Assembly (NCBI GenBank): GCA_051294905.1
Contig: CM119372.1
Location: 12,772,001-12,836,000 of the forward strand
DNA: 64,000 nucleotides
DNA from: Botryllus schlosseri
Lineage: Eukaryota
Direction of reading: 5' to 3'
The first letter of the stretch is position 1. The number at the start of each line of letters is the position of its first letter. The position numbers and the translations under genes are program-made. The notes under the pieces are model-generated. The model was not told the origin of the DNA and made no database searches. It worked only from the letters and a program-made list of their open reading frames with translations. Below are positions 12,601 through 23,012 of the stretch, piece after piece.

Positions 12601-15210
12601 GGGGTTCAAGTAGTGATCGAAGTCCAAAAACAGAAATTGACTGTTGTTGGCCTGTTTCGCTTTCAGTATAATTTCCATTTGAACACCCTGCTTGCTTACG
12701 AACATCGCCGTCTTCTCAATGATAGCGTGCATCTTTTCCGTCGGAGGCTGGAAAAGCAGCATGCATGAGCGCCGGTTTAAACAGCCAGGACGGCATGTCC
12801 AGCTTATAGTGCTACACCTGACCACCATCTACAGAAGCAGTACAGCGTACATATTTGGAAATGAGCACAGATGAGATTTTTAAATCTTGCTCTATAAGGC
12901 CATTGAAATAGGACAAAGTTTCTCATAACATTCAATATTTTAATGTAAAGAATCATTAATCGGATTTGGGCATGATATGAATTGAACTTGCGATTAGTAT
13001 TTGCATATGTTACTGTTCATTTCAGGTAAACAGGCGTCGAGAGGATACAGTGGTAACTCACAATTTCCATTCGAGGGGGGATTGCAAGCGACTCTGGAGC
13101 CATAAATGGCCTTTCCTCCTCGTCATTTTTATCGCCGCCCTCTACTGGTTGATCGGTGGTGACCGGGTCTGTACTTTTCTGTTCGCCATTTGTAGTATCG
13201 TAGTTGAACGCGACCTGATTGAAGGAATCCCCGCCTTCGATCGACGCATGCAGCCTCTTCAATTCTTCCTCTGCGACAAGGACAGCTAAACTAACTTTCT
13301 ACTCTGACACCTCAGGCAAAAATTCTGATCATACACAAAGAAAATATGTTAGCATTCCTACACATTTTTATATATTATTTCCTCCGAATAGCTTTAGAAG
13401 CCAAAATTACGATGTCATGTTACAATTTATTTCAAGCAGTTTTAGAGAGCGAGATCGCTACAATCAAACTGTGGGTTATAGTTACCTTGCCGTATCACAA
13501 GTGGAGTACCGGCACCATATATATATGAGCTCACGATTTGAAACAGGTTGCCATTGTCAACATAGACAAATCACATTTCTACATTTCAAATTTGATTCAC
13601 CATTTTACTGACATTCACTACCTACGAAAGTCAGTTAAAAATCTTTAGGTGAATAAATCAACAGTATGTATCTATTGTTCCGTGTAATTTTGACAGCTAT
13701 GTTTAATTTTGCATCAATTCTTGTAATCCTCTACTTCCTTAAATCGCAACTCCCATTCATAACTTTTGAGAATTCTCTGGGACCATCGGGATAAACAGGT
13801 CGGCAACACATCTTCATCAAAATCAGAGCTAATACATCATATATTCCGCATTAATTTTAAAGGCACCACTGGCAGCCTCCCATGCATTATTTTACAAATA
13901 TATAACACCATCATCCATCGGCTGTCATATTTACACTCACCATGTCTGAGTTTTTCTTCCGCTATATCAGTGTACATGGCCATGTATCTCTCTTGATCAC
14001 ATAGTTGCTCTATCCTGGCTTCCTCTTCCGAGATCTATATAAACCAAGTAGGATGTCCGTTCTGCTACATCTATATATCATTTATGATAAGCATGAGCAA
14101 CTCACATCGTAATCAGTATTCCACGAGTCTCCTTCAAAATCAGACAGATCATGTAACGACGCCCGTGCATCATATCTTAAATATACAATCGAACAAAGTC
14201 AGGCAGGAGAAGCAACAAAGGTAAATCAGAAGCGTCCTATGAAATTCGAGTTTCCGCACTACAGTTAAAAAGCTCTTCACAGGATTGTTGCTCCTGCCAA
14301 TTGGTCTTACCTGCGTTACAAGGACTAGACCTAACACGAAATCGACATGGCACATATACTGGTGCAAAATTTGTGAATTCAAATAAGTTCTGTCGGACAC
14401 CTATTGCAAAGGAATCCGTAATTCAGCTGACGACAACATATTTAATCTGCAGTGTGTCGTGGTGGGGTACTTTGACTCTGAGGCAAAAATAAAAACACCG
14501 GCAATGTTAGACAAAATGCACTTGCACAAAGGACACTATACATTTGCAATAAGGAAGACATCAAGAGAGTGGAGATTTTCTTCAATTTATAGAAGGAGAA
14601 GCATCAAGAGGATAGTAACTGAGTGTAATCAGTAACCAGTTCATCAATTCAAATTGAACTTGACACCAGGACAGAACCGCTCGTTTATACTAACAATGAA
14701 GCTCAGAAGTTAGGTGAAGAATTTGCAACAAATACATATTAAAAAAACATGAATATTAAAAGGAATTCGAACTTATACAAATAGGTAAACACACCACTGT
14801 CTAGGGCTCATGGACCTGCATTGACTCCCGATAACCGTTCCATTTTCTTCAGTCCGCTTCATGCAACACCGAGGGACCTTATTGTGTAATTTGACCTACC
14901 TTTGATCTTTGTTAGGCGATGCTCACCCGCCTAAAGGCTTCCGGGAGAGCTGACATTTACCCAATCAAAGTGCTGAAATCGAACATTGTCGGGGTACAAA
15001 ACCGGGAGGCAGTAAGAGTCACCTGTCGATCATGAGCTGTAGTTTTTCGTCGCCGTTCCATGGTATTAAATGACGGCCTTTGAAAATATCGCGCGAATGA
15101 TCATCGGGCGGAAATAGCTTGCAGGCATAACCGAACATCAAGAGCTCTTCTTCATTTTTCTCGGGAACGTTTTTCTTGACGTGCTTTTTTTGAAACTGGT
15201 ATCTTGATGT
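195..15210 (-). CDS. SFSWAP: Splicing factor suppressor of white-apricot homolog (multi-exon; DRY_EERY domain, two SURP domains, RS-rich C-terminus); 5' and 3' ends incomplete
   Basis: Hand-spliced exons, all phase-compatible: 15023-15210, 14106-14175, 13941-14034, 13062-13270, 12586-12747, 11408-11479, 11252-11353, 8161-8278, 7696-7891, 6771-6939, 5936-6143, 2515-2756, 1859-1975, 1383-1564, 508-651, 332-445, 195-272. Diagnostic motifs: [120 protein letters not shown]. The last four exon boundaries are less certain. Confidence 0.95.
818..841. repeat. (AG)n microsatellite; others at about 18341-18361 (AG)n, 19175-19215 (TC)n and 4085-4125 (TAGTA)n
   Basis: Visible directly in the sequence. 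Confidence 0.9.
912..1050 (-). mobile_element. tRNA-derived SINE family 1, 3'-truncated copy
   Basis: Reverse complement has an A-box (TAGTGTAATGG), a degenerate B-box and the core CAGACCAAAGAC..CTGGTATCC..GGCGCTCAGCAT shared with the copy at 16294. Confidence 0.75.
1383..2756 (-). CDS. SFSWAP: SFSWAP exons 2515-2756, 1859-1975, 1383-1564
   Basis: ..[22 protein letters not shown]|[13 protein letters not shown]|[13 protein letters not shown]; the last donor is AG|GCAAGG (GC). Confidence 0.82.
3150..5436 (+). CDS. STPG4: STPG4-like (sperm-tail PG-rich repeat / gonad-specific) protein, about 270 aa, 5 exons, nested in an SFSWAP intron
   Basis: Exons 3150 (or 3111)-3302, 3836-3986, 4217-4374, 4436-4611, 5262-5436. 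Collinear with vertebrate STPG4/C2orf61 as remembered: [104 protein letters not shown] at 5547-5552. Confidence 0.87.
5936..6143 (-). CDS. SFSWAP: SFSWAP exon ([12 protein letters not shown], acidic tract)
   Basis: atcag|GAG acceptor, AAAG|gtatcg donor; frame open throughout. Confidence 0.88.
6771..8278 (-). CDS. SFSWAP: SFSWAP exons 8161-8278, 7696-7891, 6771-6939 (SURP2)
   Basis: [14 protein letters not shown]..; ..[18 protein letters not shown]|[38 protein letters not shown]; phases 1/2/0 match. Confidence 0.92.
8669..11133 (+). mobile_element. hAT-superfamily DNA transposon derivative (probably hATm-like lineage) with about 680-bp inverted arms
   Basis: Ends TAGGGTTG...CAACCCTA; 8-bp TSD ACGTATGT at 8661-8668 and 11134-11141; arms 8669-9348 and 10455-11133 nearly identical in inverted orientation. 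Confidence 0.92.
9358..10599 (+). pseudogene. 5'-truncated DDE transposase (central and C-terminal part)
   Basis: Frame reads [30 protein letters not shown] (TGA at a position that is usually W), CSHH (CxxH), [35 protein letters not shown]-terminal DNA-binding region and first catalytic Asp are absent. Confidence 0.85.
11252..11479 (-). CDS. SFSWAP: SFSWAP exons 11408-11479 and 11252-11353 (54-nt intron)
   Basis: [24 protein letters not shown]|[23 protein letters not shown]. Confidence 0.9.
12141..12530. mobile_element. hAT (Charlie-type) MITE
   Basis: CAGTGTTTCGCAAC...GGGAACCACCG ends; TSD TTCTAGAG at 12133-12140 and 12531-12538; internal segment shared with about 39950-40120. Confidence 0.85.
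12586..12747 (-). CDS. SFSWAP: SFSWAP SURP1 exon
   Basis: [54 protein letters not shown]; ccag acceptor, gtgagt donor. Confidence 0.95.
13062..13270 (-). CDS. SFSWAP: SFSWAP exon ([32 protein letters not shown])
   Basis: gcag|AG acceptor, ATT|gtgagt donor; matches the SFSWAP linker before SURP1. Confidence 0.92.
13941..14175 (-). CDS. SFSWAP: SFSWAP DRY_EERY exons 14106-14175 and 13941-14034 (71-nt intron)
   Basis: [23 protein letters not shown]|[31 protein letters not shown]; GTGAGT donors, AG acceptors. Confidence 0.92.
15023..15210 (-). CDS. SFSWAP: SFSWAP exon, start of DRY_EERY domain
   Basis: ctag|ACATCA...ATCGACAG|gtgact; encodes [48 protein letters not shown]. No in-frame ATG upstream of the domain start. 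Confidence 0.93.
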
Positions 15211-16293
15211 CTAGGGGTGGATTGCAAATAAATTTGTCAAATAATCACCCAGTATCAGTATCATCATCTCAAAACACCAAGACACTGTGATACAATGAAA
15301 AGATAGGAAGGCGTCGAAACGACTTGGAGTAGTCTTTGAAATCAGACACCCACCTGGGCCAAGGCGATGTAAAAAGGATGTATATAAACGGAATGAAAAG
15401 TAAAAGATCAAATAAAACAGTGGTTTTTAAACTTTCTATAACACAACCCGAATAGCCTCATACATCAAAATGATGTATTTCTAATATTATTATGCTACGT
15501 TTGTAAGGGCGTGTATGAAATAGTTAAGATGAATGAATTATGGCAATAACATGATCATCTTGCTTAAATTGCAATACTTTTTGCCCTCCCTTGGCCCACA
15601 CGATCAAATATATCAGTGGAGCTGATCTAGCATAGGAAATTTAGGGCACCTAATTATAAATCCGATTGGAGTCATGTTCATGCGTAACCACTTTTCTGTG
15701 TGCGTCGCTTATTAGCTGTAGTACCCTAGACGGTGCACTTGGACATATATAAAGTATAACCAAAAGAGATTTTGTGTTGCAATTCAGCAAATATCACTTA
15801 GCCTACATATCAAACGATTGGTCTGATGTCACTGGTGCCATATAAAATCACAAACGACAAAATGAGGTGACACAGGAGGCAAGATCCTAATGTCAGGTTC
15901 TGGTCCTGGTACTTTTAGGGTCGGCTGACTACCCCCTATGGAATCTCGGTTCATTTTTTGAAATAAATCCTGCGTGATGAGAGCTTTTCTGCATAGAATA
16001 ATCAAGTAATTAAACAGAAAGTTCTTGCGTGACGTTGCCACCAAATTCCACTCTGGGTGACTACTATTCATTGAATATAAATTAGTTGTATTTCGACCTG
16101 AATGTGGACATTCAAAGACGATACAGTATACCTACACAGTAGCCTACACATATATGGAATCAAAATTTGATATGATATACAATTTGATAATATAAAACGT
16201 ACTCTACGAGACTGGGCAACAGTAGAATGACACATTTTGTGTGATGAGCATTACACACATACTGGACTTCGCTAAAAATTCCTTCGAATTCAT

Positions 16294-16613
16294 CCGACAA
16301 GATAGCGTATTGGTTAAGCGTCCGGCTTCTTGATCGGTAGGTCGTGGGTTCGATTCCCGGCCGGGTCAGACCAAAGACCGGATTAGTAACACTGGTATCC
16401 ATGGCTTCCCTGCTTGGCGCTCATGCATTACTGGGATAGCATGAAGGGGTGGTGCATGACTTAGAAAGCCGTAAAGGCTATATCTGCACTTCCTTGTCCA
16501 GCGGCATATGCACATCATGCACTCATGGTATGCATATGCGCAGATCGTGTGTATGTGTATCATGAGTCGGTGTATATGCCGCAAAAACATCAAGGACAAA
16601 AATAAACTACGTC
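16294..16613 (+). mobile_element. tRNA-derived SINE family 1, near full length
   Basis: A-box TAGCGTATTGG, B-box GGTTCGATTCC, central GGTCAGACCAAAGAC..GCTTCCCTGCTTGGCGCTCA, ATGCAT-rich 3' part; homologous to 33803-34113 and 912-1050. Confidence 0.85.
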
Positions 16614-16800
16614 CTTTTTCCTTTCCTTCACGTTGTACCGTATTTAGTTCGTCTATCGCAATAGTGGCAGAGGGTAAATATATAGTGTATGGCCATATCG
16701 TTCAATGGACATGAATGCTATAGGTAACCTGATTCAATCACTATACAAGCCTCATTGCTAAACAAAAATCCACGGAGGTGAAATATAATCTTCACTTCAC

Positions 16801-17397
16801 CTTCTGTCGTAATATCCCTTTGGGAGGCTGTCTGAACTGTGATTCCCACGACATATTCGTAGGATTCAGGAGCCGGGTAAATCCTTGTATTTAAGGTTTT
16901 GAACCCGAAACGTTGGTGAACTGCAACAGCAATAGCATCGTGAAAACATCCCGAACCCGCAACCGACTTACGAGGCCAAACGATGTCCCATACATAACTC
17001 AAGGTCTCAAGCTAGCGTAATTTGTTCAGCCGGCTGATATCTCATCAAAACCTGCCTTTGCAGCAGTGACTCCTGCATCGACGAGAGGGACGCAAACACA
17101 ATCCACTCTTTTATACATTGAGGTGGAAATATATCTTATTTTGAATTTGAAGCCGTCGCCGGCTGAGGCTGCTACTATTGATGATTAGAGAAGAAACGAG
17201 CCAGCAATAGTGCAGCAATCCCAAGTTCCACGGATAAACAAATTACCATCATCACAGTTTATCATAAACAATCGAGCCACAGACGCGATTACATCATGAA
17301 CTGCGGCAACGCCGCCAAAGCCGCCTACGGTTACGACAAGTTGGTTGACTAGACTGACTGACTTCTTGTTCTTCTGTCTGCTCTTTCGTGAACTCAT
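16801..17397 (-). CDS. Unidentified putative coding exons upstream of SFSWAP (17247-17397, about 17056-17169, 16801-17011)
   Basis: ATG at 17397 (MSSRKSRQKNKK..), G|GTAATT donor at 17246, tandem NAG acceptors near 17170-17176, open frames ASAGDGFKFKIRYISTSMYKRVDCVCVP.. and LETLSYVWDIVWPRKSV..; the second junction needs a GC donor and a 44-50 nt intron. Confidence 0.4.
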
Positions 17398-17399
17398 AT

Positions 17400-17470
17400 C
17401 ACCAGACCATAGACGTCAATAAACTCCACACAGTACGTCACGGCCGTGAAATCGGAAATATATTTCATTT
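17400..17470 (-). promoter_or_regulatory. Candidate housekeeping-type proximal promoter
   Basis: Two TGACGT (CRE-like) sites and a CGGAAAT (ETS-like) site just upstream of the ATG at 17397; motif-level evidence only. Confidence 0.3.
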
Positions 17471-18005
17471 TCAAAATTGCTTAAAAGATTCAGTATAATT
17501 TAAAAAAATTATTCGATTCATTATATCACAGTAATTATGGTAAAGTGAAAAGAAAGAAATGGAGTCGAAATTGGCGGGGAGTTAGAGTAGTGATGACGAT
17601 AAGCGCAGCTGCTACCCTGGCGGCCCGGGATCGATTCCGCGTCGGAGGTTTATCTGGGCTCCCCCAGCGTCGCTGTTCTTACAGCGAAAAAATATCGCAG
17701 AAAAACGACCCGATGAACGAACGCACTCAGGGAATGGAAAGAGCAAGAAAGAGCCGCGGAATAGAGAGTAACATCGAAAAAGAACTGTGACATCGGGCAC
17801 TAGGTCGAGGTGGATGCCCGTTTAAGAGACCGCAACTGGTCGTTCGGCATCCTCCTATCTGTTCATTACATCATATTGTGTCTTATCGCATTGTGTGTGT
17901 CTTGATCAGATGAAAATACAATCAGACTATTATTATCTCTTGGTGTGAATCATAGCTAGGGCCCCAAAGGGGCCTGGCTGCCCATCCAATAAGTCGCTGC
18001 TGAAG

Positions 18006-18731
18006 AGATTCGGCGTCCTAAACATAGAAGATATGCGGAAACTAGAAATCGCCAAGTTTATGTATCAGTTTCACTGCGGTCGTTGCCCCGAATATTTCAA
18101 TGACTTCTTTACCTCTGAATCAAAAGCGCACAAGTACAACACACGCGCGTCCACGTCGTCCAAATATTATATGATCGACCGAAAAGATCATCGCTCCATC
18201 AAATATGCCGGACCTGATGTGTGGAACAGTATCCCGCCGGCCATCCGACAGTCGACGAGCATGTCCACATTCAAGTCGAAATACAAGCAATTACTATACT
18301 AAATAAATACAGTCCATCCTCAAGATTACCAGACCACGACTGAGAGAGAGAGAGAGAGAGATATTTATTGATTTGTCCAACCGTAAAGAAAACATCATTG
18401 GCACATGAAACAACAATAAATGAACTTAACGGTATAGGACAGGGTGTGACCGATATGACTCTGGGTAGGGTCAACTAGTCTGACCTATCGATCTCGCTTC
18501 CCATGACATGCCGCCCTATTTCTTGTCGCATTCTTTTTCTATACTATCTTCTTTACTTTCATTCAGTGTGCATGCCTCCTCTTTACATCGCCTAGGCCAA
18601 GGTGGGTGTCAGATTCCATAGACTACTCCTTGTCGCTTCGACATCTTCCTGTCTTTTCATTGTATCGCATTTTTGTGGTGTATTGAACTGATAAAATTGC
18701 TAATAAACCAATGATGATAATGATGATGAAA
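18006..18731 (+). mobile_element. CR1/L2-type LINE 3' end (ORF2 C-terminus, 3' UTR, ATG-repeat tail)
   Basis: FGVLNIEDMRKLEIAKFMYQFH..HKYNTR..SIKYAGPDVWNSIP..FKSKYK, typical of CR1/L2-group ORF2 ends; UTR motif GGCCAAGGTGGGTGTC; AATAAA followed by (ATG)n. Confidence 0.8.
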
Positions 18732-19175
18732 GCTACCAAATCTACGAACACTCGAACAGTTTCAACTGGAGCAATATTCTATCTATTCTATACTAGCGTG
18801 AGTATTGAGATTGCCGGATCGATCTTCGACGTTCTGACCTCGCCTATATCCCGTCCATGATATTTCGTAACATGATTTTTCGTCACTTGTCCCCTTTTTG
18901 ATAATTCAGATTGTTATTTCTCATTGAGTGTAGGCCTACAAGTGCAGTATATGTGCACGATGCACGTGCATTGTGCAAATGTGCATATGTGCATTTGTGC
19001 ATGCGTCCTTATAACTTTTTCCGTATTTGATGCTAAATTTATTGGAAGTTAAGAGTGACTTCATCAAGTATAGTTGCAACTATACTTCCTTCCTTGCTTT
19101 CTGTGGTATCTTGAATCGATGCAAGTGGAATAAAACGATACCGCTGGCATAGCAATTTACATGCTGCTGGTGATA

Positions 19176-19219
<44 letters not shown>

Positions 19220-19775
19220 TTGAATAATTCAACTATGTTCAACAACTACTTTCGTCACCAAAAATTTCAAAAGGAAATGCACTTTTTTTTAGAACTGTTG
19301 ACGTATAAGTCGAATTGGTAGGCCTAGCCTATATAATTATAATCGAAACCGACAAGCTCGCAAGACATATTCCATTCCGGAAGGCTATTTCCCGCAATAG
19401 CTGATATATAAGTAGGCTACTTCGTGATGACTGCTGACTAGACCAGTTATCACCTCTCAATATCAGAGGCTACTTATGTGGATATAGGTCTAGCTAGGCC
19501 TACCGTTGACGGAATTGAAAAAAACTTTATGTCTCCGTCACTTTTTATTAATTTATATCACCTCCAATCGCACAATTTTTACATATATAGCAGTGTTGAA
19601 ACCGTTTCATAAATAGTGTCAATCCAACACCACTCACCTTAAATCATCATTAAATACAAATGCTATATGTTGTTATATATCTAATCTCATGTATACCCAG
19701 GGTCGATGTTATATGTAATGCGAGTCGGAGTACCTGTGTTACCGCTGTACCAAAATCAGTCACGGTATGTCATCT

Positions 19776-20194
19776 TCACATATTGTTCATCAGATGTAAA
19801 TCTGGGATATCGTTATTGCGGTAGTTATTATTGGACGAGGAGACTTCTGGCTCCCCGGTGTCATCAACAGCAGATCCACTTCTCCGAAATAAAAACGGAA
19901 CTCCTCTTCGAAAGAGGGATGACATTACAGCACGGCGGTCTTCATCCTTGTACGAGTCTCCTTGACGCATCGGTGAGCCATTGTATTTCAACTGATGTCT
20001 GAGAAGACTGTTCTTTCGAAAAAGGCTGGGAATAGCTCGATGCGGGTACGCCTCGTACCTGGGACTTTCATGTCCAATACTTCTTGACGCCTGGTACGAT
20101 ACGGGATTTCCTCCGCGTGGAGAGTCAAGGAGAATATCAGACGGATATTCGGTTCGTACGTCTAGGGGAGCAGTGTCCACACCATAGATTTCAT
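19776..20194 (-). CDS. Terminal exon of a candidate neuropeptide precursor (LF-peptide type)
   Basis: ctaat..tttatag| acceptor (phase 1); 138-codon open frame with R-AIPSLF-RK, RR-AVMSSLF-RR, RR-GVPFLF-RR separated by acidic/Ser spacers. Signal-peptide exon not located; a candidate upstream phase 1-1 exon lies at 23135-23191. Confidence 0.65.
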
Positions 20195-20345
20195 CTATAA
20201 ACATACATTAGACCTCGTCGAGATGAGAAGACTCAACAAAAAAAACTCAACAAATTCAGAAGGTTACGATTGTTAATATCCATAGAAATAGATCATATGT
20301 GGGATGATAAATAGATACACGCCGACATCGTCACGGTGGAATCAA

Positions 20346-20547
20346 AGTAGATTATGTCCATTTTTGCAAATTTTAAGATTCATTTTTTAAATTGATAGAA
20401 AATCAAGATTTTGTAATATTTTCTTAATTTTTGGCTATATCTTGGTCATGTTTCAAAGTAAGTCATGGTTAAGATATGGCCGAAAGAAAATGAAAACTTT
20501 ACATAAACTTAATTCTCTCAAAATGTGTAAAATGGACATAAGCTACT
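20346..20547. mobile_element. Small AT-rich MITE-like element
   Basis: About 20-bp TIR AGTAGATTATGTCCATTTT / AAAATGGACATAAGCTACT; no clear TSD. Confidence 0.45.
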
Positions 20548-22857
20548 ATGATGATGACGATGTGCTGAAGCCATGGGATGTAAATCTAGGAATGGGCGTG
20601 AAAAGATAAATTTCAGCAATGCTGTGACATTGCAGGTACATTATGACTAACTCCGACAACCAACAAACAAAAACGTAACAACCTCAAAAGTACATTGAGC
20701 TCGTCATTCCATCATTTCCTGGGGATGTCAGAATTTTTGTGAATTGCTTCAACTGGCACGATATATTTCATCGTATAAATGAAAACAAAGTATAACCGAT
20801 TTTCTATTGCATTTGAAATGTTTTCAGACGCGATTTTCAAAAAGTCCCGACAGATTCGCATCTGTTACCGATCGCTATTGCGATTAGTAGGGGAGATGTG
20901 GTACCGATAGATCAAAAACCAGCATGCAATTGTAGAAAAATTCACGGAGTGTTGGCTAATCATGGGATTATCATAGAGATTTTTTCAAGTTTTTTCGGTC
21001 CCAGTGTCTCATCGGTACCACATACCCCTATTCTACACCTACAGCCTACAATCATTTTAGCGAAAAGAGTGTGTATTCACAACCAAAGGGCAGGAAAGGG
21101 TGGTACGCGAACAAGGAACCTAACTATAAGGTAATACGTCCATGATACAAGAAATGCCTAAAACGATGCGATTTCATTTACGAACCAGATTTACGACGGG
21201 GTGCTTTGTTGTGTAATCTTGATAAGTTATTGATAATTCTGTAATCCTCGGCAGTCTGTTCCTGGAATCAAAATAAAACGTTATCTAATCCAATATCCAA
21301 TTTCAAATAGATTATAGAAAATTCAAATCGTTCTTTCCTATCTTTGAGCGTGCTGTACCGTAATGTCGAAATCGATAACTCCAAACTGCTTAGCGTTTCG
21401 ATCGTGTCATTTTGATATCCTTGTTATGATATTTTGTAAAATTTACAAAAATATCCGACGTTCTTTTTACAAATCACATTTTTGCAAGTAGGTTACTTCG
21501 TGTTCAGGCGAGTACAGTCAGTGACATTTTATCCATATGATCATTGAAACGGACTCGTGGCGCACACAAAAATATATTACGTATACTTCTACATTATCAG
21601 AGTACTCAAAGTGCTGATTACGCTGGAAATTTCGCATTTATTCTGTTTATGATCCTTCTCGACTACTTTGTGAATTGGATTTTAGAATATACTGCCAAAT
21701 AATAACTATGTACAGAGTGTATGAATACACTTCTTTGATTTAGGCGGTGAAATTTTCAGATACAGTGCGCAATGTCCCAAACACAGAAAATGTATAGTGA
21801 CTGAAACGTACCTTAAAGTACCTGTTAGACATTCACAATAATCGCCATCTGTCAGGCGATACTCGAGAGTCGAATTTTACATAAGATGCAGCAGCTCAAC
21901 AGCAAGTGAGGATCAGCGCAACCCGCAAGCGTATTCACCATTGTTTTGCAGCCGATTGAACATTCACACTCTCATTCTCGCTGCGCACTTGCTCCTGAGC
22001 TGCGGCATCTTATTCCAGACGGCATTGTTGCGTCGCAATGGAAAACTCCGATGTAAAATTCTTGGCTGATTTTTGGGGTTCCAGGACCACGAGTAGAATA
22101 AAATTTATTTATTAGTAATCAGTACCGTGATTGCCAATTTTATCAAATTTTGAGGTCGGCAAACTTGTTTAAATACTGGCGTAAATTGCCTTTGGTCAAA
22201 CGGAAGGATGACGTACACCAACCGCAGTGAGCCGTGAAATTTGCTTGTGTCCCAACCACTTTAGGACACTATGATACATTGACCATCTCTGTAGTTCCCA
22301 GGAGAGACGGATTGATTAGAGAAGTAATAGACTTACTCAACATTCACCTATGAAGCACTCAATTATATTTAACGGTACTGCAAAACAATGATATAAATTA
22401 TATACACATTGTGTAAAACATATAACGAACCTGGTTAGGCAAGATTCTGTAGTCTGATTCGATTTCAAAGCCTTGTGTAACAACCAAGCAAACTGTAATT
22501 GTAGTAACAGGTTGGAAACGAAAATCTGATTAACAATATAGAAAGTCCTTGTTGAAATATTACCTGACAGAAATGCCAATGTATACAACCGCCCTGTTCC
22601 CTCTCGACTCATCGTTCGTAAGGATAATATGGCAAACGTGAAGTCCGTGTTTGGTCGATAAGCAGATTTTCACAGAGAAGAATGCAATGAGACCTCACAT
22701 TTGCGACTGCTTTATATCCATTCGTGGTTAGCGTTGGAAAAAAGGCAAATTGGCCGTGCATTACATAGTCTTGTGAGTGGGGTCATAGCCTACTACAATA
22801 TACCATTTGACATGGTGGCGAAATAAATGTATGATATGATGTATGAAATAAATGTAT

Positions 22858-23012
22858 GATCCACAGCTGCAACATCAATGGGTTGCGGGTCCGAGTCCGA
22901 CTCCAACCTGTATCTTACTGGTGCATGTTTAGCTAGGGGCCGCCTCGCCATCTGATCCGCGCGATCGGTGTTTAAAAAGCCTAGAAGTGGGTCGTGCTGC
23001 AAGTTGGCAGAT
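22858..23012 (+). mobile_element. tRNA-derived SINE family 2 copy
   Basis: CACAGCTGCAACA..GGGTCCGAGTCCGAC..GATCCGCG..AAAAAGCCTAGAAGTGGG shared with 55458, 57190 and 61318. Confidence 0.7.

Noticed and set aside
16300-16365. tRNA-like sequence with A and B boxes (also near 61420-61490)
   Set aside because: No acceptor stem closes; continues into a repeated SINE body.
15829-17397. Resemblance of upstream frames to AFG2A/SPATA5 (MSSRK start, VWP, DSIGG)
   Set aside because: Only scattered short matches; no Walker A/B or AAA exons and no room for them before SFSWAP.
20532-20609. Short plus-strand ORF MDISYYDDDDVLKPWDVNLGMGVKR resembling a peptide
   Set aside because: Begins inside a MITE TIR and has no signal peptide or splice support.
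20825-20874. Minus-strand NLSGLF as a fourth LF peptide
   Set aside because: Followed by ENR rather than a basic cleavage site, and no phase-compatible donor.
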